DNA of 62,563 nt, the filler included. It is 7 parts of 7 records of this genome, joined end to end, with 100 filler letters (N's around TTAATTAATTAA, not from the genome) between each part and the next. Parts side by side here need not be neighbours in the genome. Positions count along the whole stretch, not along the records: positions 21,265 to 25,393 come from SRR15195285_1290; positions 25,494 to 45,208 come from SRR15195285_1291; 5 more parts are not named here. The stretch is one strand, 5' to 3'. Each line of letters begins with the position of its first letter. Within the stretch, counting starts at the first letter, position 1. Below are positions 24,201 to 37,300 of the stretch, piece by piece. The translations under genes and the position numbers were made by a program. The notes beneath the pieces were generated by a model. The model was not told the DNA's origin and did no database searches. It saw only the letters and a program-made list of their open reading frames with translations.

Positions 24201-24789
24201 GGTTTAATCCCTCTAGAGAGCGGGGGAGACGCGGGAACGGGGAGCAGGGAGCAGGGAGCAGGGAGCAGGAAACAGGAAACAGGAAACAGGGAACAGGGAA
24301 CAGGGAACGGACCGCGAAAGTGAAGGGCACGCGCTCCACGTATGTCTGGGAAAAGTCGCCGCCACGGTTGCCTCCGCGCGTGGGATTCTCCCACCATCCG
24401 GGGGACAGGTGCTTGCGCACTGCGTCCCAGCCAGGCAGCTTCAGGCCAGACCCAGCAAGGGACATGATCTCCCGCAGCAGGCGAGCGATCGCGGCTCCGT
24501 TGTCACCGAGGCTGACGATCTTGAACATGCACGGCTCAGCGGGCGGGCCCAGTTTCGGTTCTGAGACCGACACGCCCGTGAGGGGCTGCAAGATCGGGTT
24601 GGACGCAACCCAGTACAGCGCCGCAGCAATCCACGGCGGCGCGGGCTTCGGCTTGCCTTCACGGGAAGAAGGCAGGTCCGGCGTGGGAGCCCCGTGCTGC
24701 GACACCTCGAGTAGGTACGTTTCCATCGCCAACACCGACGACTGCGTCTCCCCAGGCGGCGCCTCGGTCGGCGGCCTCGGCCCATCCAT
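21265..24789 (-). CDS. Multidomain F-box protein with SEC-C motif, Cys-rich segment, class I GATase-like region and polyQ tail, 3' truncated
   Basis: F-box-like LLTKIFLRLDPKDLGRAAQVCRLLRDQAYLDLLW; SEC-C PEDPCPCGTGEQYFKCC; GATase-like DVDLVLL...LDESELDELQSFVASGGSAIL...GLGQVLVVS...NRALFLN. Probable exon 1 from ATG 24789, phase-0 intron 24330..24123. The frame is open to the contig edge inside polyQ. Confidence 0.65.
21268..21480 (-). repeat. CAG-rich coding repeat (poly-Gln/His)
   Basis: (ctg)n-rich on the plus strand, encoding HQQHLHQPQ...QQQQQAQQQLQQLQ; the contig breaks here. Confidence 0.85.
24232..24310. repeat. 7-nt tandem repeat (GGGAGCA / GGAAACA / GGGAACA) inside the predicted intron
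   Basis: About 11 degenerate heptamer copies are directly visible. Confidence 0.8.
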
Positions 24790-25393
24790 GGTGGCTCCGA
24801 TCGCTCCTCCTCCCGCCGCCGCGCTCGTCAAACGTGCACACAGCCCCGTCAACCCTCCCCCCTCAGCCAACCCCGCACCCTCCAGGCCGCTCCGATCCCC
24901 AGCTACCCGGGAGCTCGCTCACCCTCGAAGCAAATCGGACGGCCCAAGAACACGTCCTCGACGAGGGCCTCTCAAAGGTGGACCATCATAAGGCGGCCAT
25001 CCCTGCCAGCCAGCCGAACGGACCTGCTATAATCTCGTATTTAGTTTCGGTGGGTGGCTCTGATTTTCTATGTAGAATTGCAGAGATCAGTACTGAAATG
25101 TGGGTGCTGGATCGGCAGTCGACTCATTTGCTCATTCCCGCAGCCACCGGCGCCGAACTTGGAAATCGGCTGTCCACTCGGCACTCCCGCTGATCGAGAG
25201 TCATGTGTGATAATACGTACCTAGGTACTAGATCTACTATTGGACCAATAGTAGTATTATCACATTTGTCTTCCGCTGACACAGAATACCGCCGTTCTCA
25301 GATCTCACTCTATAGATCACCAGGAATTTTTTGTCAGAACGTACCGTGTAACACACTCGACTAGTAGGAATTCCTACACTGTAGGAATTCCTA

Positions 25394-25493
25394 NNNNNNN
25401 NNNNNNNNNNNNNNNNNNNNNNNNNNNNNNNNNNNNNTTAATTAATTAANNNNNNNNNNNNNNNNNNNNNNNNNNNNNNNNNNNNNNNNNNNN
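25394..25493. other. Artificial contig linker
   Basis: 44 N + TTAATTAATTAA + 44 N. Confidence 0.97.
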
Positions 25494-25673
25494 GATGACA
25501 CACTGCTGCCGCCTTGCCTTGCCGTGCCGTGCCTTGCCAGCGCGTCGGCGGTGGCGCGTTGTGGGTGGGGAGCGTGCGGCGCCGCCCGCGTCTCCTGCAA
25601 TGGCGGGCGGGCTCCGTTTCGGTTGCGCGCCCTGCGCGCGGGGGCGGGCCGATGGTTGCGCCCGATCGATTGA

Positions 25674-26657
<984 letters not shown>

Positions 26658-26754
26658 GGCGCTCGCAGAGCAGTGCTGGCTGAGATGTCATTAACGTGAA
26701 TAAACAGCCAGCCAGATTAGTTCATTCACGTGAAACTGCTTTTCGGCAGATTGC

Positions 26755-28442
26755 TCAGTCCTGTCCTTCATCGCCGTCGTCGTCCCCATCCACAAGCAGA
26801 ATTGCACTAAGGCTCTGCCGCTGCTCTAGAACTTCTGGATCGCTGTTCTTCGTTTCACTGTCGAGCGCCTGGAACAGCCGCTCGAACTCCAAGAAGTGCC
26901 CGCGGGCCTGCTCATAATCGCCATTGTTGCAAAGCGTGATGGCAAAGTTGAGCTCGAACAGATGGTCTGACTCCATTTCAATGGCCTTCTGATAGGCAGC
27001 ACATGCATTGTCGAAGTCCTGCGGGCCGAGGTGCAGGGGCAGGGGCAGGGGACAGCACGGTCAGACTGGCGCAATGACTCTGTGCGTGAAGACACAGTCG
27101 CACCACGCATGACCGCACGCGCGCGCACGCGCATGGAGAGGGCCTGGTTGGGTGACGCGTGACGCACCTCTAGGCGCGACAAAGTGATGCCGAGATACAT
27201 GTATCTGCGCGTGTGACACACCGACAATCAGGTGACGCACTGCCACCTGACAAGCAGGCCGGCATCGGCGCTGGATGCGACATTTGTGGCTGGCAGCTGT
27301 TACGCATGACCTGATGCGTTACTCACGAGGACGGGAAGTCGGCTTTGAGGTTGATGGAAGCTGAGAAGAAGTGGAAGGCTGACGCGTACTGAGACGTGTT
27401 GAGGTGTACCAGACCGAGGTTGTACGAGATAATCCACTCGAATGGGTCCAAGTACCTGAGTGGTGAACCAACAACCAAGGACATGCAGTGTGGTAAGCAG
27501 CACCAACAAGAACAGGCAAGGCACACATCCAGTACGTGCGCCCGCGCGTACGCGTAGCGCTGGCAAGCAAGCCACCATCAGCACAGCGGCTGCACAGCAT
27601 TCGACGAGGCGGAGGGACGCGCACAGGGCTTTCTTCAGGCAGGCTATCGCCGCAACATAACGCTGCTTGCCGAAGAAGCACATCCCGATGTTGTTCCACA
27701 GCTGCGCAGAATTGGGCGTCTGCACTGCCGCGACGCGGTATTTGATCAGGGCCACATCCATGTCCTGGTGGTCCTGAATGATGGACCCAGCGGCAAGGAT
27801 GGTTTTGGCGTTCTTCGGGTCGTGCGTCAGCGAGTTGCCAAGGAAATCGAACGCCTTGAAATTCTCGCCCTGGCGCAGGTAGAGCAGGCCGATGGTCGTG
27901 AGTAGCTCGGCGTTTTCAGGCGAGAACTCGAGCGCCTCTTGGTACACGTCAATCGCAGACTGGTAGTCCTCCTGCAGCGTGTACACCTTCCCGATCTGCA
28001 TGAAGGTCGAGTCATGGCGCTGGATACTGTTGGCATTGTTGAATGCGTCGATCGCACGATCGTACTCCTTGAGGTACATGTGGCACAGACCCTCATTGTG
28101 CCAGATTTCCCAGTCCTCCGTCGCAAGCTTCTTCGCCTCTTCGTATACGTCGATGGCAGAGCGGTGCTTCCCCAGCAGGTAGAGCGACCGCCCGACCTGC
28201 TTCAGGTTGGCTGCGCTGTGAGGATTGAGCGCCGTTGCGTTCTGGAAAAGGTGCAGGGACTCCAGGATCTGCCCGTTCTGGCGCTTGATTAGCGCCTTCA
28301 CATACAGCGCGTACTCTGACTGCCCATTGCACTCAGCCAGCTGCTCCTCCACCGCCTTCATGCATTCCTTGTAGTCCTGCCGGATGTACAGCAGGTGGAT
28401 GAGCCAGTTCCGCTTCTCGCGCGACGTGGTGTTGGACGCCAT
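26755..28442 (-). CDS. BBS4: Bardet-Biedl syndrome 4 protein (BBSome TPR subunit)
   Basis: [78 protein letters not shown]. Exons 28442..27625, 27455..27327, 27204..27168 and 27018..26755 join in frame. Confidence 0.95.
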
Positions 28443-29287
28443 CTCTGGCCGCGCCTCCACTGCTACCACCGGCACTCAGAGCTGGATCATCGCGAGCACC
28501 GCCGACGCAGAGACAGGTGCCCTGCCCGAGAGCGCGCGCACGAATGGGTCGCTGCCAGCCAGCTAGCCGATGGTGACCAGGAGCTGGGCCGCCATCACCA
28601 CCACCATCATCGACAGTTCACGCTATTTCTCTCAGCCTGTCCGCCGCGATATTAATACCACTTACCAGTAATCTCTAATCTGCGATGCATGGCCAATTCG
28701 CAATTGGCCATGCGATACCCATACCGCCAATGGATTTGGATACCACCTACCAGTGTACCAGTACGGAGTACCGCCCGAGGCCCGCAGGGGGGACAAGGAT
28801 GAGAACAGGACTTTTCTGTACTAGTAGGGATGGATGACTGATGCAGTGATGGGCGTGTCACACTAGTATTGGAATTCTGTGTACTAGATCTAGTAGGGAT
28901 CCCTACACTCTGATTGTGAATTCATGGATCTAACTCCATTCGAAGTCGAAGAAGTGCTGTCTGGATTGAAATTCCGTACTACTATAAGTATCAATAGTCT
29001 CCTGCATTTATCAGTGAGTTCTATTGGATCCACAAGAATCCAACCCAGCTGTGTCTACCGAACAAAATCAGCTGATTCGAGCTCGATCGATTCCCCGTTA
29101 CTCAATGCATTCGTAAATTCGTATTTAGTTCGTGAGGGTGGCTCTGATTTTCATGACAGATTTCGGCGCGATAAATATGAGTTTGTAAAGCCCATCGGTT
29201 GGGAGGGCTGTTAACAGCGGGGCGCTGATCCGTTGCTAAGCTGCTGGATAGGGAAGGGGAAGGGGAAGGGGAAGGGGCTGCAAGGGG

Positions 29288-30916
29288 ATGGTGTTCTCGG
29301 CCAATGCGCACGAGGGCGTGGAGGAGGAGATCGAGGACCTGCAGCACAAGATCACGCTGCTCGATGGGGAGCGCAAGACGACGTTCGAGCAGACGCAGTC
29401 CCTGATCAAACAGAACCGCGAGGCGCTGCAGCGCGGGAAGATGGAGAATCGCGAGCTGCGCATCGCGCTCGCGCAGATCCAGAAGGACGCCGGAGCGGCG
29501 GGGACGGAGGACGCGGAGACTGCGAAGCTCACGGACCTGTGCTCCGAGCTGCGCAAGTGCTACGACGACCTGCGCAACGACGCAGCGGAAAAGTGCGACG
29601 AGCTCGAGGACTTGGCGGACGGTCTGAAAGATCTGGAGCTCGAGTCTGAGAAGCCCAACCAAGGCGACTCGCCTGTGACACGCCAGATCCGTACGCTGGA
29701 GAATCGCCTGGATAAAGCGATGATCAAGTACAACGAAGCGCAGAGCATCCGGCGCACCTACGAGCAGATCGTGAAGCGGCTCAAGGAAGAGCGCATCGGA
29801 TTCGACAACCAGCTTGCCGCCGTGGAGCGCACGCTGAAAGCGAAGGACCACGACCTGGAGGAACTCACGCTTATGCTGCACGATGCAACCCACTCGAAGG
29901 AACAAGCGCGCGCGGAGCTTGCGCGGCTGGAGGACCAGCTGCTCGAAGAACGGAAGCATCGTGACGAGGAGCTGAAGGCTAAGAGGAAAATCGCAGAGCA
30001 GCGAGCGGAGATGGCGAAGCGCCTGGCGGAGCGTGAGCAGGCGCGTGTGGACATCCAGAAGGAGGCGGCAGGCGACCTGGATGCCGAGGGCGAAGACCAG
30101 CTGAAGGAGTCTGTCATTACCAACGTAATGCATCACAACCTCAACAAGAAGACTCTGGAGGAGGAAGAGGAGCAGATCGATCGCTACGAAGAGGCCTTCC
30201 GCAAGATCAAGGACGCCACGGGCGTCAGCGACATCAACGAGGTCATCATGAAGGTAATCTCGCAGGAAGACACGCTCAAGGGCCTCGAGGCCATGACGGA
30301 AGAAGCTGAGGCCAAGCACAAGGGCCTATCCGAAGAGCGTGGTGAGTGGGAGAAGAAGATCGAGGAGATTAAGTACGCGTCCAACAGTGGGGCGGGTAGC
30401 CGCACGGTGGTACACGGATACGAGACTCAGCTGGCAGCATCGGGCGCACGTGCCGACCGCGCAGCGCGTAAGTACAAAGAGGTGCACGACAAGTTCATCC
30501 AGGCCATGTCTGGAGTGGAGCACCTGTGTGAGAAGCTGGCGGAAGTGAAGATGGACACTCCAGCAATCCCGTTGTCCGAAGACACGGTGGTTGATGTGCT
30601 GGCGCAGTGTGAGCAGAAACTGAAGATGCTGATCAAGGGTGGCTCGGCGATCCGAGACCTGATGGGTGGCTCCGCTGGTATGGCGGGCGGCGAGAGACCA
30701 GGGAGTGCTGTGAGAGAACACAACGTTCGCGTTAAGATAGAGGACAACGAGTTGAACGATGACTTGCCGCTGGAGGGCGATGACGATGGTGTGGATGACG
30801 AGGTGATGGATCGAGACGATGTAAAGCGCAACTCCACCGCTGCAATGGACAAGGATAAGAAGAAGCACAAGAGAGGCAAGGGCTCGACCAGCCGCTCACG
30901 GCCTTCGCGGGCATAA
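29288..30916 (+). CDS. CCDC151: Outer dynein arm docking/assembly coiled-coil protein, CCDC151/ODAD3 family
   Basis: Long coiled coil with IRTLENRLDKAMIKYNEAQSIRRTYEQIVKRLKEERIGFDNQL and YEEAFRKIKDATGVSDINEV; single exon. Confidence 0.85.
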   Translation: MVFSANAHEGVEEEIEDLQHKITLLDGERKTTFEQTQSLIKQNREALQRGKMENRELRIALAQIQKDAGAAGTEDAETAKLTDLCSELRKCYDDLRNDAAEKCDELEDLADGLKDLELESEKPNQGDSPVTRQIRTLENRLDKAMIKYNEAQSIRRTYEQIVKRLKEERIGFDNQLAAVERTLKAKDHDLEELTLMLHDATHSKEQARAELARLEDQLLEERKHRDEELKAKRKIAEQRAEMAKRLAEREQARVDIQKEAAGDLDAEGEDQLKESVITNVMHHNLNKKTLEEEEEQIDRYEEAFRKIKDATGVSDINEVIMKVISQEDTLKGLEAMTEEAEAKHKGLSEERGEWEKKIEEIKYASNSGAGSRTVVHGYETQLAASGARADRAARKYKEVHDKFIQAMSGVEHLCEKLAEVKMDTPAIPLSEDTVVDVLAQCEQKLKMLIKGGSAIRDLMGGSAGMAGGERPGSAVREHNVRVKIEDNELNDDLPLEGDDDGVDDEVMDRDDVKRNSTAAMDKDKKKHKRGKGSTSRSRPSRA

Positions 30917-31307
30917 ATGAGGCTCGCTTTTGTAGATCCTCGTAGGCTAGGAGGTACCATTGTTACTATGATCCAGAATTCACAATACCTATGTACACCA
31001 CGCGAAGTGTAACAGTGTCAAGTCACCAATGAACATCACGCGCACAACCAAGCACATGTGTGCAGATACGGCCAGCACGAACGGTACTGTAGTGCCCATT
31101 CTCCTTTAGTGCCACAGACTGGAATGGGAGAGCAGTCAGTTGCTCGTCGCGTCGTTCCGATCACGTCGTGGGGATTGACGTCAAAGCTCAAATCGTGAAC
31201 ATGTCGCATCATCGGCACAAGTCGTGTGCGAAGATGGTTGACCAGTGCGACCGCTAATTTTGAACGAAAGCCTTATAATGTGAGTGTATACTATGAATAT
31301 TACAAGG

Positions 31308-34300
31308 CTAGCGCATACTACTCCGCGGTGTACGCGGACCTGACCCGCCGGTTCCGCTTCTGTCGCCCCTGTCTCTCGGTGTCCTCTGCCCAGAACCTGA
31401 GCCGGACATGCGGCGCCCTCCGCTACGATTGAAGCTCGAGCTGCCGCCGTCGTCCTGAAACGTGTCCTCGCGGCGGCGCATCCCCCATGCTGCCTCTAAG
31501 GCACAGTACAGCGGGCGAATGATCACAGCCTCGGTGAAGACGGCAAACGCAGATGCTGTAAGCCACGTGAGACCTTGACCCCCGTCCATCTTCGAACCGA
31601 TGAGCAGCACACTGAAAGCGCAACTAACGCAGATCAAAACACAGAACGAGTACAGCACAGACGACAGCCACAGTAGCGCGTAGACCGAAGTCGGACGCCA
31701 CTTCCGCTTGCTTCCGTACTTCCCGGCCGACTCCAGAACGGACCGCTTGAGTCGTCCACACAGCATGAAGAGGTAGGAGAGAAGGTTGACGAGGGGGCAA
31801 GCCAGCGATGCTGAGACAAAGCCTGTCCAAACACCATTCACCGGATCGTATGGATTCGAAATGAGGGTGGTGTCCCGCTGCACAGGATCAACGTAAGTGC
31901 ACGCAGCAACGTCACTATCAACACTTCTCACGGCCTCGCACGCCGTCCTTGACGCTGCTAAGCCGAGTTCTACAGCAGCGCAGGCCGACTGGTCAGCAGT
32001 GAGCGTACTCGTCGCCTTGCAGTCCTCGACTAGTGGATCGTGTAGGAAAAAAGCGCAGAGGAACATCGCCGCCAGAGTAGCAGTGAGAAGCACGGTAGCC
32101 TGCTGGGCTCGGCTGAAGAACTGGTTGATTTTCCTGGATGCGATCGAGTACCACAGATGGCGGACAACGAGTTTACTCCTGAGCACGCCCTGCCACTTCG
32201 CCTTGCGGTGTCTCGCTGCCAACATCCCCGATCCTGTTGCTCTGGAGAGCAAGGAACCCGTGCCAGACATAGTGCTGCCCTTCATAGTCGACCCTCCCGT
32301 GCCGCTCTCTGATCGTGAAGTAGCATATTCTGACAAATCGCCTGGATGCGAAGATCCTGCGCCAGTTCCGCTCCTCAGTGAGCTGCGTCCTGACGAAGAG
32401 CCCCTTTTGCGCATTTCCTTGCGGCGTGCGACGCGCTGTAGCCGTTTGACGTAGAGGTCCCGCTTGTATCCCCATCCGACTGCAAACAGATACAGTAAGA
32501 AGACGCCGCCGATACCAAGCATAGCGTGCATAGATCCCGGATCCACGAGCGAGAATATGTCTGCGAAGTCCTCGACAGACTCCGGTACAATGTCCACAAT
32601 AGAATCCTCCAAAAACGCCGCGAAATTCGTCAGATGTGTGCAGGAGCAATTGATGGTGGTGTTGGACACAGCAACCACCGTGCAGCCTGAATCTTTCCAT
32701 GTATTGTCTATTGAATCGAACCACTTGCAATTAGCTTGCTTGGCTGGATCGTTGAAGTTTTGGTAGGCTGTGGGAATAGCTATCCCAACTGTGATGGGCG
32801 TGTCAAGCTGCTGAATTGGCAGTTCCACTGGTTCACCGGTTGTCGGGTCGGTGCCGTACACTGCGAGAGATGATATTGTTGACATGTACTGATCTGCGGG
32901 CATTGATGAAGCCTGTGCAAGAAGCGGGTTGCGCAGGTAATTGATCATCTTGTACGACACACTGCCCGCAAGTATTGCAGCATCCTGATTATCCAGCAGA
33001 CCTTCGGGAAGATCGAAGAAATCTGCTGAAGTCCCTGTCGCACTGAGCAGCGTGTCTTGCAATCCGGGGTCTGTCGTGGCTAGGCGCCGGACTTGCATAA
33101 CGAAGTTCTCCTCCTCAGTCACAATTTCATCCTCACCAGCAATCCGACCAGCCAGCTGCGCTTGCGATACCTTGTTCAGCACGCCTTCAACACGCGCACC
33201 TAGCTGTGATACAAGAACCGCCCTTTCAGCGTACGTAACCAGCCTCGGGTCAGAAATATCAGAGATGTTTTCGATATCGCGCGGAAGGTTAGGCAAAATC
33301 GATCGTGGAGGTAACAACTCGTCCGCAGCGGCCATAAGCTTCGACCCGATGCGAGTGAACGCGCTGCCTGCAGAATCTTCAAGTCCTTCGTCGATGGAAC
33401 CTTGGACAAGTGTCTCGTAAAGGTCCATCGTCAATGTCTGAACTGAACCCGCAAGTCCGGCTGGATCACTCTCAACCACTGATGCAACAGCTGTAGCAAC
33501 TGATGCGATCGCTTCTGGAGATGGGTTCATACCTACGTATACATTGGTGACAGCATTCACCACTGTAGAGAACGTCTCGGTCTGTTGGATGTAAGCAGCA
33601 ATCTCCAGCGCTGAGTGAAGCGTCAACAGTAGATTCGTGGGGAGCTCTGGTTCGCTCAATGCGGAGTCCAAACGATTGCGCAACAGGACCTCTTGGTCTG
33701 CGTCGAGGTCTGACAATGAGGTCTCTAGTGTAGCCTCGTCGCCTTCTGGATGCACGAGTCTGACAGCGCTCAGCACTGCTGCCTCGGTATCGGTCAATTC
33801 GGCATCCTGAAGCTGTCGGTCCTGCGCCTGGGCACGACGACGCCCAGCACGTGCACTTGACCCACTTGTCATAAATGCCACCATTCCGAGCACAGCACTG
33901 CTATCACCAGAGTCCATCATCTGGTCGAAAGAAGCAGCTGCTGCTCCTGGATCGTACTCCGCCTCTGAGACTAAAAGTGATTTCTCACGGTCCGTTGCAG
34001 CACCGTACTTATCCATAATCGAACAATAAACAGTGACGTTGCCCTTCGGCAGCATTGACGCGTGACTATTCGTACGCTTCATTGCAAGCATGCGCATCGA
34101 AGTTAGTTCTGCATCGTGCGCCTGAACTCGAAAAGCGTACATGAACGGCAAATCTCTGGCCTCATCAACCCAATCTGATGCAAACATGGTGAATTGTTGA
34201 AGCTCATCTCCCTCTGCAGGGTCTACCTTAAATAAACCGCCGAAAGGCCGACTGTTTACTTCCACCTGAAGCTGAGAGAACCCCTCGATGCCACCTGCAG

Positions 34301-37300
34301 TGTGTTTGAGTTGGAACGTGTATGTCGATCCAGGAGTCAGAATGTTGTTGTCAACGATGAAGGTAGTGCCCTGCTGCTGGACGTATTCTGGATTTTCGCT
34401 AGCGGTACATGAGACGAGCGTCGGAAGGCCTGGACATGGAGAGACACGCCACACGCTGTTTGCGTCATCTGACTCAACAACTGCCCCGTCAGCGTCCCGA
34501 ACTGTCACCGTGCCTTCCATCAAGAGCCGCTGTGTGGGGTTAATGTACGGGCACGCCACTGGAAAATCTGGACACGGCTGCAGGTACGAGACCGCGATTT
34601 CAGGTGGAGTGCCATCTACGGCATTGATGGTGACCGAGGCAACACCGGGCACACGTGCCTCTTTCTCAACGTATACTGTAAATAAGTACGAGCTGTCGGC
34701 TTGCAGAGCTCCTGCTGGAATTCTCAGCTGCTGCCTCGTAGTGTCAAACAAGATCTGCGACATCACAGCCTGTGAGACTGCTCCCTCGAGTGGCAAGTGA
34801 GTGAAGCAGCCTGCTGCAGTTGAATCCATAAGTTGACAAGTCCACCTGTACGAAAACGGAACTGTCGTCTCGTCCGGATCGTAAGAGTCCGCAGCATTCA
34901 CCTCAATGGCATCTGCAGCAGCTACAGTGCGGTCTCCACCCTGGATCACCGCCACCAGGTCGCTGAACAAAACCCGAATGTATGCCATAGCTGTATTTGA
35001 CTGCAACGGCGATCCGTCCACCTCTGCGTGCAAGCTCAAAGTGTACTCGTGCCCAGGCTGGAAAGTAAGCTTGGGTACGTGCAAAGACAGCTTGCTTTGC
35101 GTCCTTTCATCAAGTGGAGGGTTAGTCGGGCCGGACACTATCGACCACTGGTAATTAAAACGAGCAGAATCGATGCATGGAGGTACAGCAATACTCGCTG
35201 ATAGGTCAACAGCGCTCGAGCTCGCGAACTCCATCGGAAACGTCTCGCTGCCGCCAGTCAACATTGTTAAAGCGGGAATAGCCACGCTCATTTTATGGAC
35301 TACCCCGCTCCATGTCGATGATTGCTGCATCCAGTTCTCAGCTTGCAGCACAAATGTGTACGACTCATCAGCAGCCAAGGTTTGATCGATGTCATATGGA
35401 ATAAGAACCTGCGCATCTGCCAATTCGTAGTAAAAGTAGTCGCCGGTCGAAGTCATCTCCAAAAAGCTACTAGAATCCTCTGAGCAAGTCGTAGATTTCG
35501 GCTTGCAATGTCCGCCACCGGACATACGATAGACAAAGCCACGACACTGCGCCAGTCTAGCGCATTTGACCTTACATTCGTCCAATGTCATTGGCCGTGA
35601 TTGAGGAGGATCATCATCATAGTCCATGCACTCCTCACACCTTATGTCGTCCGCCAATACTTGTCGCACCGACGACCCGTCGCAGTGACCATCTAGCCTT
35701 TTGAATTCGTGAAACATTCCCTCGTTCAGGCCTCCCTGTATAGCGGGCGCGTTTGTCGGGCCGATTTGGACGCCCCACCGGAAGTAGAGCGGACGGCCAC
35801 CGGTGCCAGTAGTGCCCGACGCGTCCAAACGAAGGTGTTCACACACACCGATGCTTGTGGGCGCCCGGACCTGAATCTGGGGAACTGGTGGGTTGGCTGG
35901 AAAGTCCGGACTCATCGCGCCGATTGCGTACTCGCTGTTCTCTGCCAAGCTACGCAACGAGAGCGGGCGCAAAGCTATTTCACCAGTTCCAAGGTCCAGC
36001 CGAAAGCTGTTGCCCAGGAAAATTACTAGCCGGTCCGGTTGGCTCCAGAAGCACTCAGGGCCTGTCCCCAGGAGTTCAATCGTAGCATCGTCCAGCACCG
36101 GATCACATATTCCACGTGCTTGCATCCCAGCTCTGTTAGTGGGGCCATCAAAGGAGACAACAACCGAACCACCGTTCTCTGCAAAAATGCAGCTCAGCAT
36201 CTCTGGCGGCTGTGCCATGTTCAAAATGACGTCATTGAACGGTGCGCCGGCAATACTCTGACCATCGAGCTTCACATCAAGCCTAAATGTACCATCTAGG
36301 ATGGCTCTGTACTCGACGTCGTAAGTGCCATCCATGTTATCATACACAGTGCCCCGTTTTCGCTCCGCCTCGGCAGCCGGCACTGGACTCCCGTATCGGT
36401 TGGTCATGACTGCTTCGACTTCAAATACATCTCCTCCGGTGAGCACCCGGTTGCCAAATCGATCGGCTGCAGTAAGCATGAAGGATTGAACGACACCTGC
36501 GGTACCACCACTCAGACCCAGCCCGTTCGCAGCACATCTTTGTGGTGCTGTAGGGCCAGGGTGCACTTCCAAGCTGTAGTACGCACGTCCACCGGCCGTG
36601 TCAATCCGTTCTGTGCCTCGGAAAATTTTCAGTGTATATTCACCCGCAACTGTAGCGTTGTAAGTACCTATGTAGTTGCCGTTGCTACCGTACACAATGG
36701 AGCTCCTGACTTCAGGGTCCGCGGCCTGATTTTGAGAGTTGAAACTAAATTCTGCCACAAACTCTTCACTGTCGGCTAGCGTGTTGAGGTTCCCGAACTG
36801 GTCATTTGCTGCAACATTGTAGATGGAGTTATCACCGGCTTCTGTGCTAATCAGCCCAGAACCGGAGGCTTTGCAAGAAGGCGTGTGCACCTCGCCGGCG
36901 GACACTGTTGCTGTGAACGGGCTATCTTTGATCGCCGTTGAGCCATACTTCACTGTAACGTAGTAAACACCAGCCACAGTTGAAGTGTAAGCACCGAGAA
37001 ATTGACCATTTGATAGATCCTCCGTGATCCCCTCGATAGTCGTACTTGCTGTTTCTGGTGTCTCAGGGAACGGTGTCAGCACAACAGAGAAGGGCTGTTC
37101 AAAAGCGGTTTGCGCAGGATTGAAGTTGCGCCGGTTGCCGAAACGATCATGTGTGTCAATTGTAAACGTCAGTTCGGTACCTGCGTCGCCCAAGGTAAGG
37201 CCTGGACCATAGGCCTCTGTTTGTTCCGCAGAAATGTCAGCGGTGGTGACGTTAACGACTGCTGGCATGTTCCTTACACAATCCGAGTTCGCCATCGGAA

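Noticed and set aside
28924-29214. 96-aa ORF in the BBS4/CCDC151 intergenic region
   Set aside because: AT-rich, codon usage unlike the real genes, and no motif.
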